NCBI GenBank assembly: GCA_026770705.1
Contig: JANJGN010000017.1
Coordinates: 31,434,001 to 31,498,000, forward strand
Source: Isurus oxyrinchus
Lineage: Eukaryota
DNA length: 64,000 bases
Direction of reading: 5' to 3'
Shown in pieces: positions 13,758-26,415 of the stretch. The translations under genes were made by a program, and so were the position numbers. The notes under the pieces are model-generated. The model did no database searches. It was not told the DNA's origin and saw only the letters and a list, made by a program, of their open reading frames with translations. The first letter of the stretch is position 1; the number at the start of each line of letters is the position of its first letter.

Positions 13758-13813
13758 TGACTTTTGACCATTTTCAAATACTACGTGCAATTGGAAAAGG
13801 GAGCTTTGGAAAG
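13758..13813 (+). CDS. STK32: Internal 56-bp coding exon of an STK32/YANK-family Ser/Thr kinase (Gly-rich loop); STK32B- or STK32C-like
   Basis: Polypyrimidine tract and acceptor ttttctcttttttgcag end at 13757; donor gtattt starts at 13814. Phase-1 translation (V)[18 protein letters not shown] matches the recalled STK32 motif VNFDHF(Q/E)[12 protein letters not shown] with GxGxxG. Not in the ORF track; paralogue not resolvable. Confidence 0.93.
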
Positions 13814-13948
13814 GTATTTATGCTGCAAGCTACATGTTAGTTTAATTATATATATGCCATAATTTTAAGCAACATTTTCTCATTGTAAGAGAGATTGTTG
13901 TGATGAATACTGAACACTCTTTAGAGTTGATTGCACAAGAAATTAAGG

Positions 13949-14130
13949 ATGTTAAAGCTTGCAGACAGCCATGCGAGAGGAAGAAGAAACTGTTAATGTT
14001 ATACTAGGTTGCTAACGCTTATGATTATTTTATCATATGATGTTAAAGCTTGCAGACAGCCATGCGAGAGGAAGAAGAAACTGTTAATGTTATACTAGGT
14101 TGCTAACGCTTATGATTATTTTATCATATG
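13949..14130. repeat. Perfect 2 x 91-bp tandem duplication
   Basis: 13949-14039 equals 14040-14130 (atgttaaagcttgcag...ttatcatatg). Confidence 0.95.
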
Positions 14131-14415
14131 AAGTGAATGCTACATTATGTACCAAACATGAAACATTAATTCCCTAAATGTGAGGTAACAAGAACCTATA
14201 TTCAGCAACGTTTCAATATTTAACGCATTGCACATTTTAGTGACAGGGCAAGTTCAAAGACAAATACACCCCAGTAATGGGAAGATTCAGTTTAATTCAA
14301 TTTAGACCATGATTGCTATATGAAAGGTCTGTTTTTTGCATGGTACTGCAGCATTTCCATTGTCTGGTTGTTATCTGGTCCAGCAGTGAGAATCTCATTT
14401 ATGCATAGTAACCAC

Positions 14416-14541
14416 GCCCAGGATTTTGCAGCCCCTCCCGCCGGCGGGATATTACGGTCCCACGGAACTGAATGGAGCTTTAAATGGCTCGTCACATCTG
14501 CCAGGGGGAGACACGCCGTGGTGGGGCCATAAATCCTGGCC
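14416..14541. mobile_element. Small Harbinger-type MITE (~126 bp)
   Basis: TIRs gcccaggatttt / taaatcctggcc; flanks cac / cag; GC-rich island in AT-rich DNA. Confidence 0.7.
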
Positions 14542-15091
14542 CAGGTATTTTTACCTTTCATGGTGGGCGATAGTTAGGTTTTTGAGAAATAGATGAAAGA
14601 AATGTAGCTGCAATGAATCGAAGATGGCTTGCATATCTCCCGCTCGACTACATACATTATACCTAATCCCAAAGAGTTGAACGGACTACAGGTTTTACTA
14701 GTTTTCTGCTGGAGATGGGTTATGGCTTCAAGTTTTGTGTACTTTCAAGACATTACCATTGCAAGTAAAAATAGACACATACACATTGAATGATGCTTAT
14801 TGTAAGAAAATGATTGGATAATGTGGACAACAAGGGTTCCATTCATGCAATATTCTATATGGCAATTGTGGAAAAATAAAGCTTTCCTTTCCAACAATTT
14901 ACTTTGTTCATAAAATGTATAAAACTACATTTCATAACAGTTCAAAGTTGACATTACATAAAGTGCAAAACAGATAAGCTTCTTTCAATACAGCATGTGT
15001 GGCACTTACTACACCACAGAAAGAAAGATTGGCATTTATATAGGGTCTTTCCCAGCCTCAGAGGAGTTACCAAAGTGCTTTACGAAATGTA

Positions 15092-15746
15092 AGGCTGAAT
15101 TTTGCCCTTGTCGGGCGGGCATGGCGGGGGGCGATTGGGAAGCTGACCGCCGCCCGCAATTGAGGCCGGAAGGCGATTTCACGCTGGCGGGCAAGTTAAG
15201 GCTCGCCCAGCATGAAACATGAGCGGCAGCACTCATCGCTGTTTGTGCAGGGGGGAGGAGGAAGGTGAGCGGGGCGAGCGCAAACTTCGTAGATGTGCGC
15301 GAGTGCATGGAGAATCTCCCTGAGGCACAGAGCTGCCTCAGATTTATGACGAGTTTTCAAAAAAAAATTAAGATTAGAAAAATGTTATAAAACAAGTCCT
15401 CTCATGTGCCTCTATCACATGAGTAGGGGCATGTTATAAATGAAATTTGAGAAGTTTTATTTTACTTTTATTTGGAAGCCTCATCCCGCTCATGGATGAG
15501 GTTTCCAAAAAAAATGCAAAGGCCGCTTGGCCTTTTCGTCTGCGGGCAGTAAAAAATGAAACTTAATTGATACTTTAATGGCCTTAACAGGCCTTTTAAT
15601 TGTCGGCAGGCGTACTGCTGATTCTCTTGTGCGCCCACCGACCGAACTATCGCGCGATTGCGCGGAGACACCAGGACTCTCGCTGAACATCAACGTGCTA
15701 GAGCGAGTCGGGTGCATGCCTGCTAGCTGAGGTGAAAATTCTGCCC
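15092..15746. mobile_element. Harbinger MITE, ~650-bp family
   Basis: TIRs aggctgaatttt / aaaattctgccc; flanks gta / ata; colinear with 22119-22759. Confidence 0.88.
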
Positions 15747-18054
15747 ATAGTCACTTTTATAATATTGGAAAGCAGTGATTTAAGGTCACAGAAAACAGGT
15801 AGGGTGTTCATTTTGCATCAGAGAATCCATTAAGTTTCTTTCAAGCTCAGATAATTAGCTTTGGATACTAAGGTTTTATATTGAATATGTGAAGTGTTTA
15901 AATTTATGTAAATTTTGTGCATATTTTGTCTGTCATTTTAATTCTCCTGACTAAGGCTAGTTGTTAACCATTTATGTTGCATTAGATATGCAAACATATT
16001 TTCATAAACAAGATTTTCACAATGTTAGATTAAATAAATCATGCAATGCTGTATAAAGGTAAGATGAACCTAAAACAAACAGGAATAAACAGGTACTCCA
16101 ATTTTATTTCAGTGTATATTCTGTTCAGATAATGTATAGTGATAAGTATTGTTTTAATAGATATTTTTAAGAGTTTACATTCACACATATATATTAATTC
16201 ATTGTATGCTTTGCTGACAGTATTTGTAGGAGGAGAACATTTTTGGATGAGATTGTTTCGGCATGCTTATGTCAACATGCAAAACAATATGAGATCTGGT
16301 GATCTGGTAGCTGCTGGGAATCCTGTTTGCTAACTGGCACATTCTGTTGGGATTTGGATTCTATGCCAAACGCCAGAGTAAAAAATTCTTGTTGGGGAAT
16401 AACCTTATTGGCAAAAAGGGCAATCATTAATTTAGAATGCAAATTAACAAGATTTATTGGACAACAAATATTAATACTTAACATTCCACTAGTTGAGGCA
16501 TGGCATGATCCTGTGGATCCCGAGACTTCTGGGGACTTTTCTTCTTGTTCCCTTGAACCTGGTCTCTTGACTCACAACGTTCTTTGAGATCTTAACTTAG
16601 TCAACTTAACTCTGCTTTTTGTGCAAAACCCCTTTGCAGCTTTAAGACTTCAACCCTAATTTCCCGGTCTACCTTAACTGCTGTAGCTGCATGGTTCACA
16701 GCTACTTGAGTGCTTTTCTCGCTATCTCTCTGTGTACTTCACACAAGCTGCTGAGTGCTCTCTTTCTTTCTTCCTCTCAAGCTGGAAGCAGCTTAAAGAC
16801 TGTTCATGTTTTTTAAGACAATTACTTTAGCCCTAATACTAGATTCTAATTCTGCATTGGACTTCTTACGGCAAACCCCAGCCCAGTGACAATTAAGTTA
16901 GTCATTTATGGATTCTTACGGAAATCCCAAGCATATGGCCATTTAATCACTTTTGGACTGTTGGGCAATCCCCAACTGATGACAATTACCTGTTGACTGG
17001 CAATGTCCTGGCAAGTGCTAACTTCCTAGCAAGTGCCTTACTGCTAACTCCTAACTTTTTCTCCCAACCAAAGTCCCCTTAGCAACTGTCCTGAGACAAA
17101 TGCTATCCCCTGGCATGTGAAAAGACTCGTGGTGATGCTCCCCTATCTTTATACTCTTTTTGCAGGCAGCTTTTTCAACATTCACCCGAAGTTGTGCACC
17201 TGTGACAACACAACTAATGAGTTCTACCCAAATATTTGTAATTTCTGGCCAATGGGAAGAACGCACGTGGCTTCCCTACAGCATATTGACCTTAACTTAC
17301 ACTATTACAGTTCTAGCCCTCAGTCCACTCTTCTATCCAATCAGCATCCCAATTTTGCCTTCTGTTTACTGTTAATGCTAGACTCACTGGAACCCAAATG
17401 TACAAACATGCCACAGTTATAACTCTACATGTTCTTTCTTAAAGCTACATTACAGTGTTTTGGCACTTCAAGAGATGCCAACTTAGACTTCCTAACAACG
17501 TTCCAATAATACATACAAATTAAGGCTTTTCATCAATTAAGCTTTATGAATTACACAAACGAGTCAATGAGGCGAAACTGAACAATTGTTTTGTGTCACT
17601 ATTATTTACTTTCCGTGGTAAGTTGCTAGTCTATTCTATTCTCTTGGCAGAAAGCATGAGGGATGAGATAAGGTGAATTGTGTTCGTTTTTATGTGAAAG
17701 AAGGTTGTTAGAATTGGAGTATTCTGATAAAGCTAATTCGCCATGTGACCTGAACCTTGATGTGAGAGACAGTCACCTTCAAATTCCCCCAAAGAGGAGT
17801 TGAACACTGTCATGGTCCAAATACTGTTTTGCTTTACTTCCTTCAGCAGTGGACAAAAAATTGGCAAGTATGAGTGCTTACTTCTATAATTCAGCACAAG
17901 TGATAAATTATTTGTATTGATGCTTTGATAGAAGAGAGCCTGAAAGGAACCAGCAGGTCTGTATGGGCGGGATTTCAGAAGAATGACTTTAACCTAGCAC
18001 AGCTAGTTCTGAGCAAAGGCTTCTTCAGAGATAGTAATGTGGGGAAGGAGGGAA

Positions 18055-18731
18055 TTTTTTTTATTATTCGTTCATGGGATATGGGCGTCGCTGGCTAGGC
18101 CAGCATTTATTGCTCATCCCTAAATGCCCTTGAAAAGGTGGTGGTGAGCTGCCTTCTTGAACCGCTGCAGTCTGTGTGGTGTAGGTACACCCACAGTGCT
18201 GTTAGGGAGGGAGTTCTAGGATTTTGACTCAGCGACAGTGAAGGAATGGCAATATATTTCCATGACAGGATGGTAAGTGGCATGGAAGGGAACTTGCAGG
18301 TGGTGGTGTTCTGATGTATCTGTTGCCCTTGTCCTTCTAGATGGTCATGGTTATGGGTTTAGAAAGTGCTGTCTGAGGAGCCTTGGTGAGTTCCTGCAAT
18401 GCATCTTGTATATGGTACACACAGCTGCCATAGTTCGTCGGTGGTGGAAGTAGTGAATGTTTGTGGAAGAGGTGCCAGTCAAGTGGGCTGCTTTGTCCTG
18501 GATGGTGTCAAGCTTCCTGAGTGTTGATGGAGCTGCACTCATCCAGGCAAAAGGAGAGTATTCCATCATACTCCTGACTTGTGCCTTGTAGATGGTGGAC
18601 AGCTTTTGGGGAGTCAGGAGGTGAGTTACTCCCCGCAGGATTCCCAGCCTCTGACCTGCTTTTATAGCCACAGTATTTATATGGCTAGTCCAGTTCAGTT
18701 TCTGGTCAATGGTAACCCCCAGGATGTTGAC
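18055..18731 (-). mobile_element. Family-B LINE 3' fragment
   Basis: ORF 18351-18671 (IYKAQVRSMMEYSPFAWMSAAP) and the reverse complement of the family-B tail. Confidence 0.9.
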
Positions 18732-18897
18732 ACAAACGTTTCACGCAGTAACATAAGCATGAGCACTTGCATAATTATATAGCTCTATTCAGCGAAGTGT
18801 ACTAGGTTTTGTTTATCTGTGTGGTGGACACCTTCTAAGTTGCAATCCTTTACCATAAAAGGGAATCCCAAAGTCTTCTAATAGTAAAATAAAAGAA

Positions 18898-19530
18898 GGG
18901 GCAGAATCTTCGGCTCAACGAGCGAGGACGGGACCCACTTGCCGAGGTGTAAAATGATGCATGGTGACGTCAGGCGTGTGTCCCAACATCACTGCGCGTC
19001 AATCAGATTATCAGTTTGGCGAGCATGCACCCTAGTCGGCTGCGCGCCCATCAAACTATCAAAAAGGCCTATTAAGGCCAGTTAACTATCAATTAAAACA
19101 ATAAACTGAGTTGCCTGTCCAACTTAAGGTTGGCGAGCAGGTGAAGAGCCCAGGCGGCCTTCGCATTTTTCAAGGAACCTCATCCATGGGCGGGATGAAG
19201 TTTCATGAAGGTTTTTAAAGGTTTGAAAACATTTTTAATAAAATTCATAGACATGTCCCAGCTCATGTGACAGTTTCACATGAGGGGATGCCCTACATTT
19301 TCTTTTCCTTTCTTAAAACTTAAACTAATCTCCCTGAGGCAGCTCTGTTTTCTGCATTCTTTCGCATGCATGAGCAAAAGAGCGCAGGCCCCGACTCAGG
19401 CAACTCCCCCTGCCCGCACAGGGAGCGCACAACGCTTCTGGGCACTCGTCACGCTGGGCGGGCCTTAATTGGCCCTCCCATGTAAAATGGCGGCACCCAG
19501 CCAATCGTGGGTGGTGATCAGTTGCGCAAG
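18898..19530. mobile_element. Harbinger MITE (~650-bp family, opposite orientation); right end lost at the CR1 junction
   Basis: Starts gggcagaatctt; colinear with 25508-26168. Confidence 0.82.
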
Positions 19531-21595
19531 GAGTAGGGCCGATAAGGGACCAAAACGAAGATTTACATGTGGAGGCAGGGGGCATGGCTGAGATATTAAA
19601 TGAATAATTTATATCTGTCTGTACCAAGGAAGCAGATGCTACTGGGGCCATGGTGACAGAGGAGGAAATGTCACCAGAAGGCTTCAAAATTGACAAGGAG
19701 GAAGTGTTGAATAGACTGTCGGTACTTAAAGTTGACAAGGCACCGGGGACTGGATGAGATGCATCCAAGGATATTGAAGGAAGAGTAGAAATTGAAGGGG
19801 CATTGGCCATAATCTTTCAGTCTTCCCGAGACCCAGGGGAGGTGCCAGAGGACTGGAGAATTACAAACATTACACCCTTGTTCAAAAAGGTTATAAGAAT
19901 AAGCCCAGCACTTACAGATGAGTCAGTTTAACTTCAGGTTTAACAAACCTCCCTCCAGCTCGAAAAATATCCATTGACCATTACCCTCTGTTTCCTATTA
20001 CTCAACCAATTTTGCATCCACATTGCTACTGTCCCTTTTATTCCATGAGCTATAACTTTTCTCACAAGTTTTTTGTGTGGCTTTTGAAAGTCCATATATA
20101 CCACATCAACAGCATTACCCTCATCAACCCTCTCTGTCACCTCTTCAAAAAACTCCAGCAAGTTAGTTAAACCTGATTTCCCCTTTAGAAATCTATGCTG
20201 GCTCTTCTAATCAACCCACGTTTTTGCATGTGACTATTAATTATAGTGGGGAAGCTTCTAGAAACAATTTTTCGGGTTATAATTAATAGTCACATGCAAA
20301 AATGTGGGTTGATTAGAAGAGCCAGCATAGATTTCTAAAGGGGAAATCAGGTTTAACTAACTTGCTGGAGTTTTTTGAAGAGGTGACAGAGAGGGTTGAT
20401 GACGGTAATGCTGTTGATGTGGTATATATGGACTTTCAAAAGCCACACAAAAAACTTGTGAGAAAAGTTATAGCTCATGGAATAAAAGGGACAGTAGCAA
20501 TGTGGATGCAAAATTGGTTGAGTAATAGGAAACAGAGGGTAATGGTCAATGGATATTTTTCGAGCTGGAGGGAGGTTTGTAGTAGTTTCCCAGGGGTCAG
20601 TATTGGGACCCTTGCTTTTCCTAATATACATTAGTGATCTGGATCTTGGTGTGCAGGGGACAATTTCAAATTTTGCGGATGATACAAAACTTGGAGGCAT
20701 TGTAAACCATAAGGAGGACGGTATAAAACTTCAAAAGGACATAGACAAGTTGGTGGAATGGGCCAAAAAGTGGCAGGAGAAGTTCAATGCGGTGAAATGT
20801 GAGGTGATTCATTTTGGTAGAAAGAATGTGGCGAGACAATATAAAATAAGGGGTGCAATTCTTAAGGGTGTGTAGGAGCAAAGAGACTTGGGTATATATG
20901 TGCATATATCATTGAAGGTTGCAGGACAGGTGGAGAGAGCAGTTAATAAAGCAGACAATGTCCTGGGCATTATTAATAGGGGCATAGAGTACAAGAGCAG
21001 GGAGGTTATGCTGATCTTATATAAGACATTGGGTAGACCTCAGCTGGAGTATTGTGTACAGTTCTGGGTGCCACATTATAGGAAGGATGTGATCACATTG
21101 CATGAAGTGCAGAAGAGGTTTGCAAGAATGGTTCCAGGTATGAGAAACTTGAGTTATGAAGATAAATTGGTGAGGCTGGGACTGTGCTGCTTGGAAGGGA
21201 GAAGGCTAAAAGGAGATTTGATAGAGGTGCTCAAAATCATGAAGGGGCTGGATAGAGTAGAAAGGGAGAAACTGTTCCTGTTCATCAAGGGATAGAGAAC
21301 GAGAGGGCACAGATTTAAAATGATGTGCAAAAGAGGCAAATGTTATGTGAGAAAAAACTTTTTTCACACAGGAAGTGGTTCGAGTCTGGAATGCACTGCC
21401 TGCAAGCACGGTGGAGGCAAGTTCAGTCCAGATACTTGAGAGCGTTAGATGATTATTTGAGTAGAAACAATGTGCAAGGGTAAGGAGAAAAAGCAGGAAA
21501 ATGGCACTAAGTCACGTTGCTCATTTGGAGAGCCGGTGTAGACACGATGGGCCAAATGGCCTCCTTTTGCGCTGTAATAATTCTGTGATTCTGTG
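19531..21595 (+). mobile_element. 5'-truncated CR1 LINE containing an internal inverted duplication
   Basis: LEFFEEVT..VDVVYMDFQK, QGSVLGP, FADDTKL, LYKTLGRPQLEYCVQFW; tail ttctgtgattctgtga. Confidence 0.93.
19943..20580. repeat. Inverted repeat with 303-bp arms and 32-bp spacer
   Basis: 19943-20245 is the reverse complement of 20278-20580; ORFs 19940-20161(-) and 20362-20634(+) give the same peptide apart from E/D. Confidence 0.95.
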
Positions 21596-21824
21596 AAAAC
21601 CACTGGTATGCAGGGGGAAGGGGGGGATAGCTCAGAGATGAGTTTTTTTTAATGCAGCATGGTGGGGGGGTGGTGCGAAAGCCGATTCAATAGTAACTTT
21701 CAGAAGGCAATTTGCTGTGTACTTGAAAGGGAATAATTTGCAAGGCTATGGGGAAAGAGCAGTGAAGTGGGGTGAATTGAATAACTCTTTTAAAGAAGTG
21801 GAACAGGCATCTTTTATTTGGTTC

Positions 21825-22117
21825 ATGTTTCATCTATTCATTTACAGGATGAGAGTATCACTGGCAAGGCAACATTTATCACCCATCCCTAATTGCCCTT
21901 GAGAAGGTTGTGGTGAGCCACCTTCTTGAACTGCTTTCGTCCTTTAGAGTGATTTGGATACAATTGAGTCACTTGTTCAGCCCTTTAAAACGGCAACTAA
22001 GGATCATTCACATTACTCTGCGTCTAAAGTCATGTAGAGGCCAGACTGGGTAAAGACAGCAGTTTTCCTCCCCTAAAGGACACAAGTGAACCAGTTGGCT
22101 TTTTATGACAATTTGCT
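21825..22117 (-). mobile_element. SINE fragment with family-B LINE tail, interrupted by a MITE
   Basis: catttatcacccatccctaattgcccttgagaagg is the reverse complement of the LINE/SINE tail; body resembles 32667-33000. Confidence 0.68.
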
Positions 22118-22118
22118 G

Positions 22119-22759
22119 GGGCAGAATTTTGCCCTTGTCGGGCGGGGTGTGGGTGGGACTGGTCAGGGAGCTGCCCGTTGTCCGTGCTCGGGGCCAGACT
22201 GTGATTTCACGCTGGTGGGCCAATTAAGGCCTGCCCAGTGTGAAACGCGAGCAGCAGTGCTCAGCACTGCCAATGTGGTGGGGTGGAGGGGGTGGGGGGG
22301 TGTTTGGGGGGCGGGGGGAGGAGAAGGAGGGCTGCCTCAGGGAGATGAAGGGTTTTCAAAAAAAAAATAAAGATTTGAAAGACATTACAATACATGTCCC
22401 CTCACGTGACTCTGTGACATGTTATAAATGAAATGTTAAAAATTTTATTTCATTTTTATTTGATGTTGGAAACCTTATCCCACCCATGGATGAGGTTTCC
22501 AAAAAAGCACAAAGGCTGCTTGGCCTTTTTGCCTGCCCGCCAACCGTAAGGTTGGATGGGCAGGAAAAAATTGTTTCAACTACCTTGGTAATGGCCTTAC
22601 CAAGCCTTTTAATTGTCGGCGGGCGTGCTGCCGATTCCCGCACATGCCCATGGACTGAAATATCACGTGACTGCGCACTGATGCCTGACTTCATTGTGCG
22701 TCATTTTACGCTCGAGCGGGTCGGGTGCATGCCCGCCCACCGAGGTAAAAATTCTGCCC
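22119..22759. mobile_element. Harbinger MITE, ~650-bp family
   Basis: Perfect 12-bp TIRs gggcagaatttt / aaaattctgccc. Confidence 0.9.
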
Positions 22760-22847
22760 TTAGATGCATGGTACCAGCTTTTTATGCCAGATTTATTTCA
22801 TTTGTTTACTAAAGTTCTTTGTTAAAGTATTAAATAGAGCTGAAAAT

Positions 22848-25800
22848 TGTAGTATAGACGATTAATAGCTGTGGTGGTAATAGCTAACATACATCATCAG
22901 TGATGTCAGATCACGTATCACTAGAACTCAGAGAGAGAGATGCTTCTGGAAGGAGCCTCATGCTTATCTATCCCTATTATATAATTAATAAGTGTTTGGA
23001 AGTTCCTGGAGGCCTTGTTTTCAGTAGTCCATGTTAAACACACTCTGGGGCCGTTTATGATGATACTCCATATTGGAGCAGTAAACTTACTGAATAGCAA
23101 GGATCCCTGATGAAGCTGTCAGTGGCGGGAAAGTGAAAGCCATGAAAATAAAGCAGTGAGGGAATGGCTGTGACAAAGAATCGGAAGGAAAAGCGCCAAC
23201 AGAGTCCCAAGACAGTCAATTAAAGTAATAGCCAATCATGGAGAAAGTCCTACCTCTACCCAACTCCTTTGACCATGTAAAAGGGCCCGACCAAGCAGCA
23301 CACTGACAAAATTGGTGTTGCAGATTCAGCATGTATAGGAACACTTTGGGGTTAGCACAGAAGCCTGATAAAGAATAGGTCAGCACCCTCCTCTATTCCA
23401 TTGGCAGCAGCATAGACATCTTTTTAGTAAGACAGGGTGTTCACGAGGACACAGCAATCTATGACGAGATTATTAAAACCTTCAATTTGTATTTCACGCT
23501 TCAAAGGAACATTATTATAGACTGGGCAAAGTTTAACAGGCACACTCAGGAATCCAGAGAAAGTATTGATTTTTTTCATTCATGAACTGTACAGTTTGGC
23601 TGCTGGTTGCAAGTATGGGGCCCGAAGGGATGAACTCATCTGACTCCATATTGTGGTGGGTGCGTTTAATGAAGCCCTATCTGATTTTTTGCAGTCCAGA
23701 GTAGAGCTACCATTATCCAAGGCAGTTCAATTAGCCAGACGTGCTGAACTACAGAAGCAGAACCAAGTTTTAATGCGGGGTGATTGACACCATTGGTGGA
23801 GCCAGACCACTGTCTCAGTCCAGTTTGTGAGCAATAGAGGTACCAGGCACCCACTAAAAAGCAGCCCCAGAATGAAGAGAGGGCGGTCACTGCCATTATC
23901 CAACGCTATCATTGTGGTGCAAAAAAAATCCCCAAAGGCACGAAGACTGTCCCATCATAAATGCTGTGTGCTGTTTCAGCAGGAGGCGGGGCCATTTTAA
24001 AGCGATATTCCTCAACAGAGCCAGCATCCCTGAAATACATGATACAGAGGAACACAAAGTGCCATTCTTAGGTGAAGTTGCAAAATCCAAGGCAACCATA
24101 GGATATCATAGTCAATGGCTACAGGACCAATTTTAAATTGGACAATGTGCAGAAGTGTCCATTCTTTCTGATACAGTACAATGGCAGAAGCCTGAGTTAC
24201 ACAAACCACCCACTATTCATCTCCATGGTCCAAGGGGTACTCCACTGAATGTCCAAGGGCAGATGACTGCCACCCTCTGTTATAAGGGAAGGGAAATTAC
24301 AGAAATTCTTTGTTATCCAAAATCAGGAGTGTTCATCGCTCAGCCGGAGAGCCTGTTTAGATTTGCAACTTATTCAATAATGTGGAAGAGCTGAGCAGCC
24401 AGGACAAATGGATAAATCCAAGTGGGGATTTCCACATGCTGCGGACTCCAGAAATGGAAAATAAAAAAAAACTTACCTTTTTAAAAGTGAAGGCCAGGCT
24501 CTCGAAATTGGGAAGTACAGTTCCTGATGGGCCTCGGCGGCTTCTGCACACGTGCCAGCCCTGGAATGGCCGCACACGCGCAGTTCATTCTGTTTTGGCG
24601 ATTTCGGGTTCAGCGCATGTGCTGGCCGGAAAATGGCCGCACATGTGTAATTGGTCAGGATTCCCGTCTTCAATGCACAGTTGGTTCTTTTTCCATTTTT
24701 TCAAATTTAAACAGAGCCCTGCACCTGTGCAGAAGAAGAAACAAAAACAAAAGTGAAACAGGGAAAAAAAAAGATCAGAGGAGCCAGAAGGAGGCACAGA
24801 AGAAGCCGGACATTTGGCTTCAACCACTTACCAACTCACCCAAGTACCAACAGGCCAATGGTCAGGCCGAAGGTGGGGTCCGTACTGTCAAATCCTTGTT
24901 GAAGAAAACTAATGATGTTGACCTGGCCTTACTGAGCTACTGCCACTGCAGAATGGTCTGGCTTAATCCGAACCATTAATGGGTAGGAGATTATGAACAC
25001 AGCTCCCGAGTTTCCCACATACCCTTCAATCATGTCTCAAGGTGACAGAGATAGGAAAGATGTGAAGAAAAAAAAGGAGCACTACCATCCGAACCAGACC
25101 ATGGCATACAACCATCACCACAAAGCTTAGGATGTACCAGCACTCTCATCCAGGGAGTCTGTCTGGGTCTGAGGTCAGAACTGGCTTGGCCAGATTTTGA
25201 GTCAATCTATTTATCCTACCTTGTGCACATTGACCACACGTCCTCATGTGGAACAGATCTGCACTGGTGTCCACAGGCAGACGGCCTTTACAGGACTGGA
25301 TTGTCCACCCGGATGACTGAGAAGACAACACCACCAACTTACTAGATGGTTCACAGGCCCCTCCACAGGAAGACTGTGATCCTAGCCCATTTCCAGAAAC
25401 AGGAATGTGATCCGGCAGACTGGTCAATCCACCTATGACTCAGGGATGGTGACAGTGATTTTGGTGGGGGGGGGGGGGGTGACAAGTGTGATGTGTAAAT
25501 ATTTAATGGGCAGAATCTTCTGTTCAGTGTGCAGGGGCGGTTCCCACATGCCGACGCGTAAAATGACGTGCAGTGATGTCGGGCGTGTGTCCCGACGTCA
25601 CCGCATTTCATTATGATCTTTAGTTCAGCAGGCATGCACCGGAGTCGGCTGCGCGCCCGCCAAACTATCAAAGGTTTATTAAGGCCATTAATTAACTAAT
25701 TGAAGTACTTGTCAGGGCAGCCCATCCGATCTTAAGGTTGGCGGGCAGGCGAAGAGCTCAGGCGGCCTTCGCTTTTTCATGAAACCTCATCCACGGGCAC

Positions 25801-26415
25801 TATGAGGTTTCATGAAGGATTTATTATTGAAATAAAACATTTTTTCAAAATTCATAAACATGTCCCTGCTCATGTGACATTGCCACATGAGGGAATTGCC
25901 TGAATAATTTTTTTTCTTTTTTTTAAGTGATTCATAATGAAATTAATCTCCCCGAGGCAGCTCTGTGCCTCAGGGAGATTCTGCGCCCTTTCATGCTCAG
26001 GCCCCGATTCTCCCTCCTCCCCCTGCCCGCACAGGTAGCACGGAGTCATCCTTAGTTGGCCCGCCCATGTAAACAGGCGGCACGCAGCCGATTGCAGGTG
26101 GCGATCAGCTCCGCGCCCACGTGCGCCCGCTCCCAACCAGCCTGCCCGATAGGGAGGAAATTCTCCCCAATGAGTAGAATGAAAGACTTGGCAGGAGATG
26201 TAGCATAATGGGTTATTAGCTGTGATGCTAATTTTAACGTGACATCAGCGATGTCAGACCACGTGTCCCTAGAACTCAGAGAGGGATGCTTCTGGAACAA
26301 GCCTCGTGCTTACCTATCCCCATATTTAGTTAATAAATGTTTGGAAGTTCCTAGAGGCCTTGTTTCCAGTAGTCTATGTTAAACACACCCTGGGACCGTT
26401 TATAAAGATACTTCA
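22848..26415 (+). mobile_element. Gypsy-like LTR retrotransposon, decayed and lacking RT
   Basis: LTRs 22848-23070 and 26199-26415 (TG...CA); 5-bp TSD aaaat; TGG just after the 5' LTR; purine tract before the 3' LTR; gag remnant from 23238 with a frameshifted CYHCG..H...C knuckle (~23905-23950); protease-like FKLD (~24130); integrase TNSPKYQQANGQAEGGVRTVK (~24830-24900). Confidence 0.88.
25508..26168. mobile_element. Harbinger MITE nested in the Gypsy element just upstream of the 3' LTR
   Basis: TIRs gggcagaatctt / gaaattctcccc; TSD aat / aat. Confidence 0.88.
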
